From assembly GCF_018977255.1 (NCBI RefSeq), contig NW_024704742.1, positions 132,062,001 to 132,126,000 on the forward strand: a stretch of DNA of 64,000 nt. The letters run 5' to 3'. The number at the start of each line of letters is the position of its first letter. Positions within the stretch are counted from its first letter, which is position 1. The notes below the pieces were generated by a model. The model did not search any database, was not told the DNA's origin, and worked only from the letters and a program-made list of their open reading frames with translations. A program made the position numbers and the translations under genes. This DNA is from Callorhinchus milii (Eukaryota). Below, piece after piece: positions 12,176 through 24,494 of this stretch.

Positions 12176-12614
12176 AGTGCTGAAATCTGTAAATTTTGAG
12201 CTGAAAACTGTTACCTCCTGCAAAAAAAAAAGCTGATGAAAGAGGCATGCAGTTAAATTGTACTTTTACAAGACACGACCTGCGTTGTCTCCTTGTGTCT
12301 TTCAGTAAAAGAGCAGGGCAACAATTGGAATGGACAGAGTACTTTAGAGATCAGTAGAGAGATGCTCGGATAATAAAAAGTAAGAGGAATCCTTGCATTT
12401 GACACGGCACCTTGCATGTCAGGAACTGCTGTGAGCAATTAGCTACCGCATTTCACCCACAAATACACAGTCAATCCACTTTGTAGTATATTCTGTGAAG
12501 CACTTTGAGACGTCTCAATGACTTGACCAGACGAGATATCAAATTCAAGGCTTATTATTATCATAATTATTATAAGCTGCCTTAAAGTGGCTCACAGTAT
12601 TCTACTGCAAAGTA

Positions 12615-12905
12615 TTTTGACCTTCAAAGCCCTTCACGGTCTTGGTCCTCCATACCTCTCTGACGCCCTACCATCCTGTTCGCTCCCTCCTCTCAGTGGT
12701 CTCTGGCCTGCTTCACGTCCCCCTGCCTTGCTCGCCCCATCATTGGAGAGGGGGCCTTCCACCACTCTGCCCCCATCCTCTGGAACTCCATCCTGCAGTC
12801 CCGCTGTCTTTCCCCCTCCCTTGTCACCTTCAAGACCCACCTCAAGACCCTTCTCTTCGACCGTGCTTTCGATCTCCCTGCTTCCCTCCACCCTCCACCA
12901 CCCCA
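12615..12905 (+). mobile_element. L2 LINE fragment
   Basis: ILTFKALHGLGPPYLSD translation; CTCTGGAACTCCATCC; CACCTTCAAGACCCACCTCAAGACCCTTCTCTTCGACCGTGC. Confidence 0.85.
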
Positions 12906-13130
12906 GGATACTGGGAGAAACTTTATTTTCTCTTTGAGTAGGGTTGTGGGATCTTTAGCAACCATCTGAACAGACAGATGGGTTTTACTGTCTCTGCTGA
13001 AGGATGGCACCTGTCAATGCAGTACACCCCCAGTAATCCTAGACTAGGTGAGCTCAAAGTCCGAATATGGGACCTGAACCCACAAACAACTGCCTTAGAG
13101 GTGAGAACGCTACCAACTGAGCCAGGCTGT
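12903..13130 (-). mobile_element. DeuSINE-type SINE (family B) 5' half
   Basis: CCAGGATACTGGGAGAAACT..GGGATCTTTA..GCTACCAACTGAGCCAGGCTG. Confidence 0.75.
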
Positions 13131-13361
13131 GGAGTTGTCAGCACCACCTTAACTGAGTTTGGCACAGTACAAATTATTTTGTATGTACTTTATTTGCTGA
13201 ATTGGCAGGTATTGGCACTCCGGAAATAGTTGAAGCAGTCTTGGCTAATTAAAGGACCATTAACGTAATTTTTCCCTGTGAAAAACTGTTAACAAAGGAC
13301 TTTAAAGGTCAATCAGTGCACAGCTGTTCCAGTCAGATCAGAGACCAACAGACGTGGAAGT

Positions 13362-13712
13362 TGCCACCACCCTCCCTCCCACCCCTCCCAAAGTCTCCAC
13401 CACCTCTCCCCACTGGCCACACCACCTCCCTAATCTCTCCACCGACCCCTCCCACTCCTCCCCCCCTTCCCCCCTCCTATTGCCCCATTTCCCCCCACCA
13501 CCTCCCTCCCACCACTCCATGCTCCCCCTTCCCTCATTTTAATCTCATACTTCGTATACGTTCCTCTTTGACCATACCTTTGGTCACCCTCCTACTCCTA
13601 CCCTCCCTGCCCTCCACTCCTCCTGAGCTTATGTCCAAATCTCTGACTGTCCAGTGCCTTGAGAAGTCCTCCGAACGTGAAACATGCTATACACAGGTAA
13701 TATGTTGCTGTT
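13362..13712 (+). repeat. C-rich low-complexity tract followed by a degenerate L2 3' end
   Basis: Poly-C/CT runs 13362-13535; TTCCTCTTTGACCATACCTTTGGTC..CTGTCCAGTGCCTTGAGAAGTCCTCCGAACGTGAAA tail. Confidence 0.6.
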
Positions 13713-13819
13713 ATATAACAGCAATAATGATATCATTATTATTAATACTGATGACAAGGCAAGCTGAAATTCCCTCTTTGGAAATGCAAAGAGAAAGATG
13801 AAACAGTCCATCCAGTCTG

Positions 13820-14098
13820 TCTTTCAGATGAGATATTAAATCGAGATCCTGTTTGGCTGTTCAGGTGGATGTTAAAGATCCCATGACGCTATTTGAAAAG
13901 AGAACCGAGTTTCCTGGACAACAATCCCCCAATTTAAGTTGGTCACTCTCTCCATGGCTGTTTTTGGGACATTGCAGTTTTCAAACTGACTGCCGTGTTT
14001 CGCCCACAAAATACAGTCACTCCACTTTACAGGGTATGCTGTGAAGCGCTTTGAAACGTCTCAACGATGTAATAAGGTGCTATATCAAATGCAAGGGA
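13820..14098 (+). mobile_element. DeuSINE-type SINE (family B) 3' two-thirds
   Basis: CTTTCAGATGAGATATTAAA..TTCAGGTGGATGTTAAAGATCCCATG..GTGAAGCGCTTTGAAACGTCTC..ATCAAATGCAAG. Confidence 0.8.
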
Positions 14099-15655
14099 AT
14101 TCAAGCAAATGAAATGAATAAGAGAAAGAATCCTGCATCTGTAATCCCAACCCCACACCACACACACACACTCCTCCCCTCCCTAACCCCGGCTGTTTGT
14201 GTCCTTAGGGATAGAAATGTACACTTTTTCCTTTCTCTCCTAAATCAGTCGTTTTAACAACACAAAGTGCTGAGGACGCAGAGTGAACCGAGGCCTCCGC
14301 TGAGATACAAAGCGTTATTGTTGATGCAACACATTACTAATGGTTAAAACTTTGTTAGCGATGCTATGAAAAATAGCCGATGCTCCGACAAAGACTTTGC
14401 TGCGCTTCTGTTCATAAATCAGCCACTACAGTAAAGCGGCGTTCATTTAATTCCGAGCTGCTTGATGTGCTGCCTTGCTGTAAACATGTTTAAAAGAAGT
14501 TTTCCTATGCTTGCCTGGAGCAGAGAGCAGATCAAACTTAGTTCCTCGCACTTCACCGGCTGATATTTTCAAACCGGCAACAGAATTATATTAAATATAT
14601 ATATATTGTATTAAAAATGTGGGTACATAATCTGCAAAACGGGTAATGTGCTACTCTGCTCAGATTTTCATTTTGGATGCTCTTCAAGATACGGAGTGTG
14701 AAAAATGCAAATGAAGTTCACATTTGCAAGTCCTTGATTAGTCAATTGTTAAAATGCTTTCATTTTAAATCCATTTCATGCCATGAATATTGCATAAACC
14801 TCACGCTTTATATTTTATTTCTCCCTCTCTCCCCCGACCCCATCATTTGCAAGGCAATGTTGCTAAACTGATGAGCCTCATTAGTTAAAACCGTATATGA
14901 TGGCCTGAAGATTTTCCTTTAATCCAAGATTTGCATTACAAGATTTTGCAGCACAAACAACCTAAATATCCGTGTATTTCACCAAGACTGAGTGACCAAG
15001 TCTGCACTAATTGCTATAACACGTTTAAAAAGGGCTGCCTATATTTATAACCTGCACATGTAAATTACGTCAAATAGGTAATAATGTGCGGTGTTTCTTC
15101 GAATTCCCATTGATTTGCAAGTTCTCACCGTACCTCCATTCGACAGAAGTCTCCAATTGTACCTCTCGGATTTCGTCTCAAAGGAGTCTTGTAAGAAATG
15201 ACTTAACAACACCAATTCATATTTATACAGGGCACTTCACGTGCCCTTCAGATTCTTAAAATTCATTTAAAAGGGGTTTAACCTAAGGGTTACAATCACA
15301 GAGTAAGTAGGCGAGGCTAACCGGCTGCCATCCTTTGGATGAGATGATAAATAGTAGTACCGACCTCAGGGGACATTAAAGATCCCATGGCACTATCCAA
15401 AAAGAGAAAGGAGTTTCTCCTGGTGTCATGGTCAACAATCGCTCAGATAAAATTGTTCACTCACTTCATGGCTGTTTGTGGGTCACTGCTGTGTGCAAAT
15501 TGTCTGCCACGTTCACCCACAAAATACAGTCAATCCATTTTACAATAAATGCCTTGTGATGTCCACCTAATAGGAACAACAATAACAATCATTGCATTTG
15601 ATATAGCACCTTATCACATCTTCGAGACGTCTCAAAGCACTTCAGTGAATATACT

Positions 15656-15963
15656 GTGGAGTTCTGTAGCTCAGTGGTTAGAGCACTCGCCTCGCAAGCG
15701 TGAGACCTGGGTTCGATTCCCATTTGGGCAAAACTTTGGGCAAGTTTCCTTACTCCACCCGTCTGATAATAATCCCTCAAAAAGAAAATAATAAATTGGC
15801 CATTTCAATCCACGATTGTTTGTGGGACACTGCTGTGCGCAATTGCTGCATTTCGCCTACAAATATACAATCAATTCACTTTACAGTTTGTTCTGTGAAG
15901 CGCTTTGAGACGTCTAGAAGATGTGAAAAGCGCTATATCAAATGCAAGGATTATTATTATTAT
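15656..15963 (+). mobile_element. SINE family A short form
   Basis: GTGGAGTTCTGTAGCTCAGTGGTTAGAGCACTCGCCTCGCAAGCGTGAGACCTGGGTTCGATTCC head with A and B boxes; (TTA)n tail. Confidence 0.9.
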
Positions 15964-16082
15964 ATATCATTATATTGTAAAGTGAATCGATATTTTGTGG
16001 GTGAAATATTTGCTTTATCAAAGAAGAGTATTTTTATAAACTCTGATGAATGGAATTTGTATTTAACTTGTTGCTGCTTATT

Positions 16083-16334
16083 CAACAACAACAAGATTGC
16101 ATTTATAGAGCGACTTTCACGTCGGGAGGACGTCCCAAGGCGCTGGACAGTTGGGTCGGGACCCGAGCAGGGGGAAAATGGCCAGGGTGAGGGGAGGGAA
16201 GGGAGGGAGCGAGGAGGGGGTAGAGAGTCGAGAGGAGAGCTGAAAGCACGGCTGAAGAGAAAGGTGTTGAGACCGGCCTTGAAGGAGGAAAGGGAGGAAG
16301 CAAGGCGAAGGCTCTGGGGGATGGAGTTCCAGAG
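16083..16334 (-). mobile_element. Young L2 LINE 3' end
   Basis: Near-identical reverse complement of 53575-53820, including the CTCCC hairpin and (TTG)n tail. Confidence 0.9.
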
Positions 16335-17104
16335 TCATGATTCACGAGTCATGAGGCTGCCTCACAAAGTCCTTCTCCTAGAGCAGTATGAGAGCTGGTG
16401 GGGATTGAGACCAGTGAAGTCACCTTTGGGAACCCACATAAGCATTTGATTATAACAATCATCAAATGAATAATAGCAAAAACAAAGTCCCATGGCACCT
16501 TTTTTTTTAAACCCAGGTGAGGTATCTCCAGGCATGTATAATATCTTTCTGACCGTTCTTTCTATCATCTTACGTCTTACACATTGGAGAGATGTCTCCA
16601 AGCACTTCACAGGATTTGCTGTAAAGTGCAGTGATTGTGTATTTTGTAGACACACACGTGTACACGTATGTAAGCTGCTGCCTTCAATTGCCACATTCAC
16701 CCTGTCATTCCACAATACCGCTTGCCCCTCTCTAGTAAGATCCAGCACCCAAAGCCCATCACCAGCAGTCTTTGAGTTTGCCGGCTTCTACTGCTTATGA
16801 GTTCCAGAGCAATCCTGAGTTCCACGAAAAGCTATTTAAAAACTTGGCTGGATCCAGGACTCTGAGGCAAAGCTTACATTTTCACATTGAACCAGTTAAT
16901 CCTCATGGGTAGGATGCTACTGGGATTTCGGATATCTAATGGGGCTATAAGTGCAGACAGGGTGAATTTACTGTCTCTTCCTGAACATGCATCCAGAGCA
17001 GCGTTTCTGTGTCGATGGACAGAGGTTATTACCCAATCCATCTGCGAAAGCTGGAAGAAATACCATTGCTTTGAATGAACTTGTTTCTTCAATTATATGT
17101 GTGT

Positions 17105-17547
17105 GTGTCAGCCTGGCCTGACTCAGTTGGTAGCTCTCTCACTGTCAGTGGTTGTGGGATTCAAGCCCCACGTCAGGAAATGTCACTCACATAGACCAGG
17201 CTCACATTTCAATACTGTGCTGGGAGTGTGCGGCTTCATTGGAGGTGCTGTCCTTCAGATGAGACTCATACTGAGGCCTGTCTGCTTGTTCAAATGCACA
17301 TTAAAGATCCCATAATACTATTCAAAAAGGGAAGGGTGCCTGTCCTGATATCTTGGTCAACAATCACCCCAATTAAAATTGGTCATTCACTTTATTGGTT
17401 GTTTGTGTGACATTGCTGGGTACAAACTGACTATCGTGTTTGCTACAAATATACAGTGACTATGCTTTACAGTGTATCCTGTAAAGCGCTTTGAGACGTC
17501 CCCCTGATATGAAAGGTGCTCTATCAAATGCAAAGGATTATTGTTAT
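17105..17547 (+). mobile_element. DeuSINE-type SINE (family B), full length
   Basis: tRNA-like head GACTCAGTTGGTAGC..GGATTCAAGCCCCAC, central GGAGGTGCTGTCCTTCAGATGAGAC..TTAAAGATCCCAT, and L2-like tail. Confidence 0.85.
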
Positions 17548-17548
17548 A

Positions 17549-17844
17549 CAGAGGCGGACTGGCTATATGGAAAATCAGAAAATTTCCCGAGTGCCCCTGT
17601 GAAAGGTTCCCGAGCGCTCCCATGGGTTGGCTTCTGGTACTGACCACCCTGTGCAGCCTTGTTCAGAGGTTATATTTAACCCCAGTAAAGTTTTTAAACG
17701 CATGAAAGTTTTATGCCAAATCAACCCCCCCACCAAATGCCAACCCACCACCCCCCCCACCTCCTCCCCCACATGCACAAAACTCCACGGCCTCATTTTA
17801 TCTGACAATCCCCAGCCCTTTTTGAGGAGCCCAGCCCTCCACTG
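17549..17844. mobile_element. Probable hAT-type MITE inserted in a SINE tail
   Basis: Ends CAGAGGCGGACTGGC and CCCAGCCCTCCACTG match 11/15 as inverted repeats; flanking 8-mers TTGTTATA/TTATTATC match 6/8. Confidence 0.45.
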
Positions 17845-18454
17845 TTATTATCATTTATAATTTCCTACTCTTTTCCCGCAGATTAGATTCCCAGGATTAC
17901 GCCATTCATACTCAACAAAGCACTAATAATTTCATACTTCAGAGAGTGGATTTCCATCAAACCTTCCTCTCAGAAAAGTCAGCTCGTAATCTCTTGACGG
18001 GCAAGTTTTTTGCAGTGCAATAAGCAGGGCAGTCAAACCAAGGCGGAGAAAAAAAATATTGTGGCTCCGAGATGCAATTGCTTCCTCTCAGTGAATGCAT
18101 AAAATCAACATCATCACGATACGCTCGCATACACTGAATCTTAAACAGTTTTAATAACAAAAACATGTTTGTTTTTTTAAGAAAAATGGGGATGAGTTGC
18201 CTGAAGCAGATTCAGCTAAGATCCACCTCATCCCTCAATGTGATGGTTGTGTCACCATTCTTTCACAAATGGTGTCGGCTCTTATCCTGTGCTGGTGGGG
18301 GTGATAAAAACACTTAGATAATGGTTTACGAGCCCATTTTAGGTGTTAACCTGGCTCAGTTGGTAGCACTCCTGCCTCTGAGTCATAGGTTGTGGGTTCA
18401 AGTCTCACTTTGAACTCACCTTCTAGGCTGGTACTCCAATGCAGGGGGATTGTA

Positions 18455-18795
18455 GTGAGATTCAATCCAGTCAAGGTCAAAATTAGAGAAAGAGACAGAC
18501 AGAAAGTAAAAAAGAGAGAGAGAGATGCACACATGTGCACAAACATTTAGAAAAGCAGAGATATGTGCACATATAAACATACAACTACACAGATAGTTAA
18601 CGACAGATACATACACACCCTTATATTTAAAGATACAGAGACATGCAAACTCGCACACACATACATACACACTAAAAGAAAGTTCACAAATGGGGAGACA
18701 CACATATAAATTATCCACACAGAGACCCATTATCGACACTGTTTTCATATCTGCAATGGTGTGGGGCCCAATTAGCACAGAGATCGGCTGCTCTA
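18455..18795 (+). repeat. CA/GA-rich composite repeat, copy 1 of 2 (other at 57645-58060)
   Basis: Shared TTAGAAAAGCAGAGA word and a shared non-simple end TGTTTTCATAT..GTGG..CCCAATT. Confidence 0.5.
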
Positions 18796-18899
18796 TTTTA
18801 TTAACTTCTGACCAGACACATCTTAACACTTCATATTTTCAGCATCCCAACAGGGATTTGAATGAATGCATCCCATAGAGCATTTGATCATTTAGTTCC

Positions 18900-19172
18900 A
18901 TAATCCTTAAAACCTTCATAAGTAGTAATCTAACCAGTTTATTTGGACACATTAAAATTGATGCAGTATTAATTAACATTGGTCGACGTTTAGTACTCTC
19001 TGTGAAATAAAATATTTTAATCTGCAGTCTCACTTAGGCTTTGCTATTTTGCATTCATGCCCTCCAGTATTGTAACCAGAAGTTAAGTAGAATTACCTGC
19101 TTAGATAGATATTATCCATGTCCTTCAACATTTTAAAGAGAGCATCATATCCTCACTCAACCTTCCTTTCTC
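18900..19172 (-). mobile_element. Old CR1 LINE fragment
   Basis: Reverse strand TAGAGAAAGGAAGGTTGAGTGAGGATATGAT..TTTAAAATGTTGAAGGACATGGAT..ACTGGAGGGCATGAA..TTTCACAGAGAGTA resembles LERRRLRGDMI..FKI..TRGH..FTQRV. Confidence 0.6.
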
Positions 19173-19364
19173 TACAACGACAGCAACGTGCATTTATAAT
19201 ATTAATAATCCTTGTATTTGATATAGCGCCTTATCATATCTTCTAGACGTCTCAAAACGTCCCAAACTGTGAACTCAAACAACAATAACAAATTGCATTT
19301 ATATAGCACCTCTCATGTCAAGATGACATCCCAAGGCGCAGGACAACCAATGGTTGCCTGCACC

Positions 19365-19680
19365 CCACTCCACCACCCGCTGCCTCCGTTCAGTTGGCTC
19401 CGGTCTCCCGTTCGTCCCTCACCCCCTCCACTCCACCATCGGTGGCCGTGCCTTCAGTCACTACAGTCCCGAAACTCTGGAGCTCCCTCCCTCAATACCT
19501 CCGCCTTAGCCCCTCCCTCTCCACTTTCAAATCCCGCCTAAAAACTTTCCTTTTTGATCGTGCTTACAGTCACCTCCCCCTTCCCTCTCCCCCTGGTTCG
19601 GGGTCAGACTCCACCACTGTCAAGTGCTCCGGGCTGCTAGCCCGCGTGAAGGGCTCTATATAAATGCAAGTTGTTGTTGT
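19365..19680 (+). mobile_element. L2 LINE 3' fragment
   Basis: CCATCGGTGGCCGTGCCTTCAG..PKLWSSLPQYLRLSPSLSTFKSRLKTFLFDRAY; (TTG)n tail. Confidence 0.9.
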
Positions 19681-20972
19681 AGTTTGCACTGTTGATCCAG
19701 TCCCAGTGTGGGGCTTGAACCCATAACCTACCAACTCAGAGACAAGAGTGCTACCAACTGAGCCGGGCTCTATTAACATCGCATTTTAGAGCACCCGGAA
19801 CTTAAGTCAATTCTTGAACGCAGCCTTTATTTTGATGCCGTTTTTCTGTCTGTTTCATTTCACAATTCTGGAACACCGACTTCAAAGTTAAGATTGATAT
19901 CAACAAATTGCTAAATTCTGGATACTCTGAATCGCTACATAAATAGAGTATATCTGGAGCCAAGAGGAATTTCTCCCCAATAATTCTACAAACATATGAG
20001 GCCGAGACACAGAATGCATTCGATTCACTCGGGACACATATTGCCACTGGCTGGTAAAATTAAGTAATAAATAAATAATCCCTGTACTTGATGAAATGCC
20101 TTTGACGTCAGGCAGATGTCTCATTAATGCTTCACAGGACTTACTGCAAAGTGTAGTGACTGTGTGTTTTTGCAGGAGAACGAGCCAGCCAATTTGCTCA
20201 CAGCAAGGTCCCACAAAGCAGCCATCAAGTGAATGATCAATTTGAACACCTTTGGTGCTTTGCTGGCATGGTGATTGATTGGATGCAGCTATCAGTTCAA
20301 GGACCTGAATATTTGTAATGGAAGAGAAATCCATGCTTTCACAGAGCGGAGCTGGTAGCCTCATATCCACACACAAAAGTGAGTAATTGATCTGGTGATT
20401 CACAATGCTGATCATTGTACACAATGTGTCCACCTATTCTCCAATTATATCCACGGAGACTAGTCTCATGCAAACTGATGCTTGCCTTTCAGATGGGGAG
20501 TTAAGCGATCTGCACAAGGTAAGATCGGGCAGACTGATCTTCAATGTTTTCCACCATGTGGTTGATGAAGACAAGGAACAGAGGTCGCTCAAAGATGCTT
20601 CCTCTGGCATTTCCTGCCTTGGATGTTGCAATAATAAAATAAACATCAATTTATCATGGCCTAATATTTGCGTCCTCTGAGGAAATCAGATGTCCAATTC
20701 AATAGCTCATTAGATTTACCGCGAGCAGCTAGCTGCTCGGTAAGACGATCACTCTTTATTGGCTTGCAAGATTGACAGCGTTGCATGTTGACTGATTTGC
20801 TTTGAAGCTAAATTGGTCACCAGACAGAAGGTTATTAAAACTGGAACGCTTCAAAGCCTCCTCTCATTCACTGCAGTACGCCGTTTGCAAGAAGGAAGAA
20901 ATATTGCTTGGGACAAGAACGTACCTTGCCATGCTGTCTCGACAGGAGTGGGTGTGGAGTAGCAAAAAATAT

Positions 20973-21350
20973 ATAATAATAGTAATAATCCTTGCATTTG
21001 ATATAGCGCCTTATCATGTCTTTGAGATGTCTCAAAGCGCTTCACAGAATATAATGTAAAGTAAATTGACTGTATATTTTGTGAGCAAAACACTGCAGCC
21101 AATTACGCACAGCAGTGTCCCACTAACAGTCGTGAATTGAGTGACTAAATTATTATTTTTTTTTGAAGGGATTATTACCCCCAGAAAAGTGATCTGCCAA
21201 TTGACTAATAACCGGTTTCCTACTTACTACTCAGTGAACAGATACATGTGGAATAAGGAAACTCGCCTACCATTTCGCCCTGCCCAGGAATCGAACCCAG
21301 GTCCTCTCGCTTGCGAGGCGAGTGCTCTAACCAATACGCCACAGGACTAC
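20973..21350 (-). mobile_element. SINE family A long form
   Basis: Head GTGGCGTATTGGTTAGAGCACTCGCCTCGCAAGCGAGAGGACCTGGGTTCGATTCC, long middle block, tail. Confidence 0.9.
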
Positions 21351-22529
21351 AGAATATATATGTATGGAAGAAACAAAAATAGATTGCTCTTCATGAGTTC
21401 TGCTTGAATCATTTCTTTGTTGCCGATTTAATAGATGAGGTTTCAACCCTTTTGTTACTTCCATGTGCATGGCTCTTTTTCACAGCTCGTCCCTATCTAG
21501 ATCAATAGTGAAAGACTCATAGATAATCCCTGCAGGATTTAAAAGCACTTCTTCTCATATGTCCCATGTATTTATAGGTCTCGCCTCACATTGTGGTTCT
21601 TGATCAGTCACTGACTGAATAATGTGCATGTGGGATGAATGAGCCAGGTTTCAAATAGAGACTTGTAGTTCCTTTCTCCTGAGAAGTGTGTTTTACTCTT
21701 TCAATTATTGATGTTTCCCTGCATTCAGGCATTAATATGGAAAGCAATCGGTCCTGAAAAGTACTTAACTCCAAACAAAATACACTAAATATACCAGTTT
21801 AAAAAAAAGATTTCCTCCATAATACATACCTGTAATTCTACATTCTGTTGAAAACTTACAGCTCGCACAAGCTTTTGTATTAGTTTTGCCCATAACTGAA
21901 ACTTGAACGTATAAATTTTAATGTAAAAGTTAAACAATCCTTGCATTTCATATAAAGCCTATAATATCTCAAAGTGCTACACGGGGAATTGATGTTACGT
22001 ATGGTGACTGTGCATTGGTAGGCAATTATTATTATTGTTATTATTATAATAATGATAATAATCCTTGCATTTGACATAGCACCTATCATGCTGAATGGAT
22101 GAAAGTGCTTCACAGCTTATTATTACAAGGAGAGGTGATAATCTGTAGTCTTATGTAGCGACCATTTTACATTCAGCAATGCCCCATGAACAGCCATGAA
22201 ATAAACAACAGTAATCATTGCATTTGATATAGCGCCTTTTCATGAATGATTGCAATGTTGGCCAGAACACTGGGAAAAACTTCATAATTTTCTATGGGAT
22301 CTTCAACATCCACCTGAACAAGCAGATGAGATCTAAGTTTAAACATCTCATACGCACCTACAACAATCCATTGCTCCCCCAGCTCCACATTGGAATGTCA
22401 GCCTAGGCACGGAGTCTAGGCTCCCGATGTGTGGCTTGAAGCCACAAACTTCTGACCCAGATGAGAAAGTTCTACCAACTGGCCAGACACTGTACATATA
22501 AGTATGGGTTGATTTCATAATAATAAAAA

Positions 22530-23003
22530 AAACACATTAGATATAGCATCTTTCATGTTAAAAGTGCTTAAAGTGCTTAAAGGACATCTTAAAGTGCTGA
22601 ACACAATATACTTTCAAATCTAGTGACTGAGTAGTTCATAGATGAACGTGGCAGCTAATTTTTATGCAGAAATGTCCCACAAACATCAGTGAAGTGAATG
22701 ACCAGTCTTTATTTGACCAGAGGTTATTGACAAAAACACTGGGAGAAACTCCCTTCTCGTTTCGAAAGTGCCATGGGATCTTTAAAATGTCCTCCTGGAC
22801 AGGCAGACGGGACCTCGGTTTAACGTCTCAATCGAAGAATGGCACCACCAACAATATAACACCCTACCCACCACCCCAGTTACTGTAGCGGAGTGTCAAC
22901 CTGGATTATGGGATTATGTGAGTTCAACGTGCCAGCATGGGGTTTGAACCCACAACTCTCTGACTCAAAGGCGAGAGTGCTACTGACCGAGCCAGGCTGA
23001 CGC
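22530..23003 (-). mobile_element. DeuSINE-type SINE (family B), full length
   Basis: GCGAGAGTGCTACTGACCGAGCCAGGCTGAC head (reverse); GTGCCATGGGATCTTTAA; GGGACCTCGGTTTAACGTCTCA. Confidence 0.85.
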
Positions 23004-23844
23004 ACCATTCATTTATTAGCTGTTTATTAATGGGTAGCTGAGTGAAGAAATCCTAAAGCCCTTGAAGCTGACTCACAGGAAAGACGTTCCAACACAATTT
23101 AGTTTCAGAGCTGGATTCCCTCGAGTCAGAGTGACATGCGTGATGTATTTCCAGCTTTCAGGAGGAATTTATTTTTCAGAGGTATTTCTTAATTAAGAAA
23201 TCTGGCAGGAAATAGCACAAATTGACCCCACATTTGTGGCATATTAAAAGTGAAAACTCTGAAACATACTGCGATTTTATTCTCCATAGTGACTGTTTAC
23301 CCTGTGGGTGTGTGGGTGTGTGTGTTTGTGTGTGTGTGAATACTGATTTTAACCAATATCATTAATGTAATACTTTGTGTGATATGCTGTGACCCCCTTT
23401 CTTCACATAGAGGGTTATGAAGATATGAAATCTTCTGCCCCAGAAAGCTCACGAGGCAGGAACCATAGGGATGTTTTAAAGAGAGAGGTATACAGAGACT
23501 TGGATAGTCAAGGTATAAATGGTGTGGTGAAAGGGCAGGAATTAAACAATCTCCCAAGTAATAATAATAATAAATACACAGTCACTACACTTTAGAGTAT
23601 ATTTTATGAAGCGCTTTGAAATGTCTCAAAGACGTGATAAGGTGCTATATCAAATGCAAGGATTATTATTATCACATTGTTGAGACATCTCAAAGTGCTT
23701 CACAGAATACACTGCCAAGTGAAGTGACTGTATATTTGTGGGCGAAACATGGAAGTCAATTGCGCACAACAGCAAACCAAAAAAATTCAAATAAACTGTT
23801 AATAATTTTTTTAAAAACTATCTAAAAAAACTAAAAAATTCTAA

Positions 23845-24165
23845 TAAACTGGTGGAACAGGCTCGATGGGTTGAATGGAATCCTCCTCATCCTCTTTTCC
23901 TACATTCCTGTGTTCATTTGTCAAGCAATAAAACCTTACACAGATGTAGAATGTTCTGCACCAGATCGCTATAGAGGTGAAATCAATAAGGATCTTTCAA
24001 TGAGCGAAAGACAGATACTTGGTAAGTAGAGCTATTAAGGGATATAGCAAAAGGGCAGGGCATCGGGATTATAAATTCTGCCGAGGTATAATAACTGGTG
24101 GAACAGGCTGGGTGGGCTGAATAGCCTCCTGCTGTTCCTGATCCTGTTCCGTTATGTTCCTTGTT
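23845..24165 (+). mobile_element. CR1 LINE 3' ends (two tandem tails)
   Basis: AACTGGTGGAACAGGCT..GG(G/C)TGAAT..CCTCCT occurs twice (23847, 24093); upstream GACAGATACTTGGTAAGTAGAGCTATTAAGGGATATAG is CR1-like. Confidence 0.65.
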
Positions 24166-24494
24166 CCTTTGTCATGTTGTAAGAATCTGACTAAAACTGT
24201 GAGATACATAACAGCCACAATATCAGACTATTAGACTAGTTTAAAATTCACTTAACTCTTCAGAAGTGTCTGACAGCAAGAATAATTTGAACCAAACTTT
24301 AATTTCTTATTGTGTACTTACTCTGCCTAGTCCTGTCAAGTATAGCATGACATGATATCATTAGCTTAGCAAGAGGGAATGCTTGTTTGGATATTTAGCT
24401 TGAAATGAGACATGGTTAAGCTTATTGGCTTTGTAACTGAAATGTGTAGTTTCACCTGGTTAACTACTGTATTTTAATAAAACAAGCAGTGTGT

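Noticed and set aside
13316..13801. 161-aa proline-rich ORF
   Set aside because: Translation of a poly-C low-complexity tract plus an L2 tail.
15700..16449. 249-aa ORF
   Set aside because: Read-through of SINE A, an AT-rich spacer and an antisense L2; no coherent protein.
19900..20433. 177-aa minus-strand ORF
   Set aside because: Runs through a SINE tail (20080-20240); no recognisable domain or exon boundaries.
22560..22600. Short tandem duplications (AAAGTGCTT here; ATCTTGTGAATC at 11341; CTACAGGACT at 49811/49829)
   Set aside because: Ordinary slippage or insertion-junction duplications.
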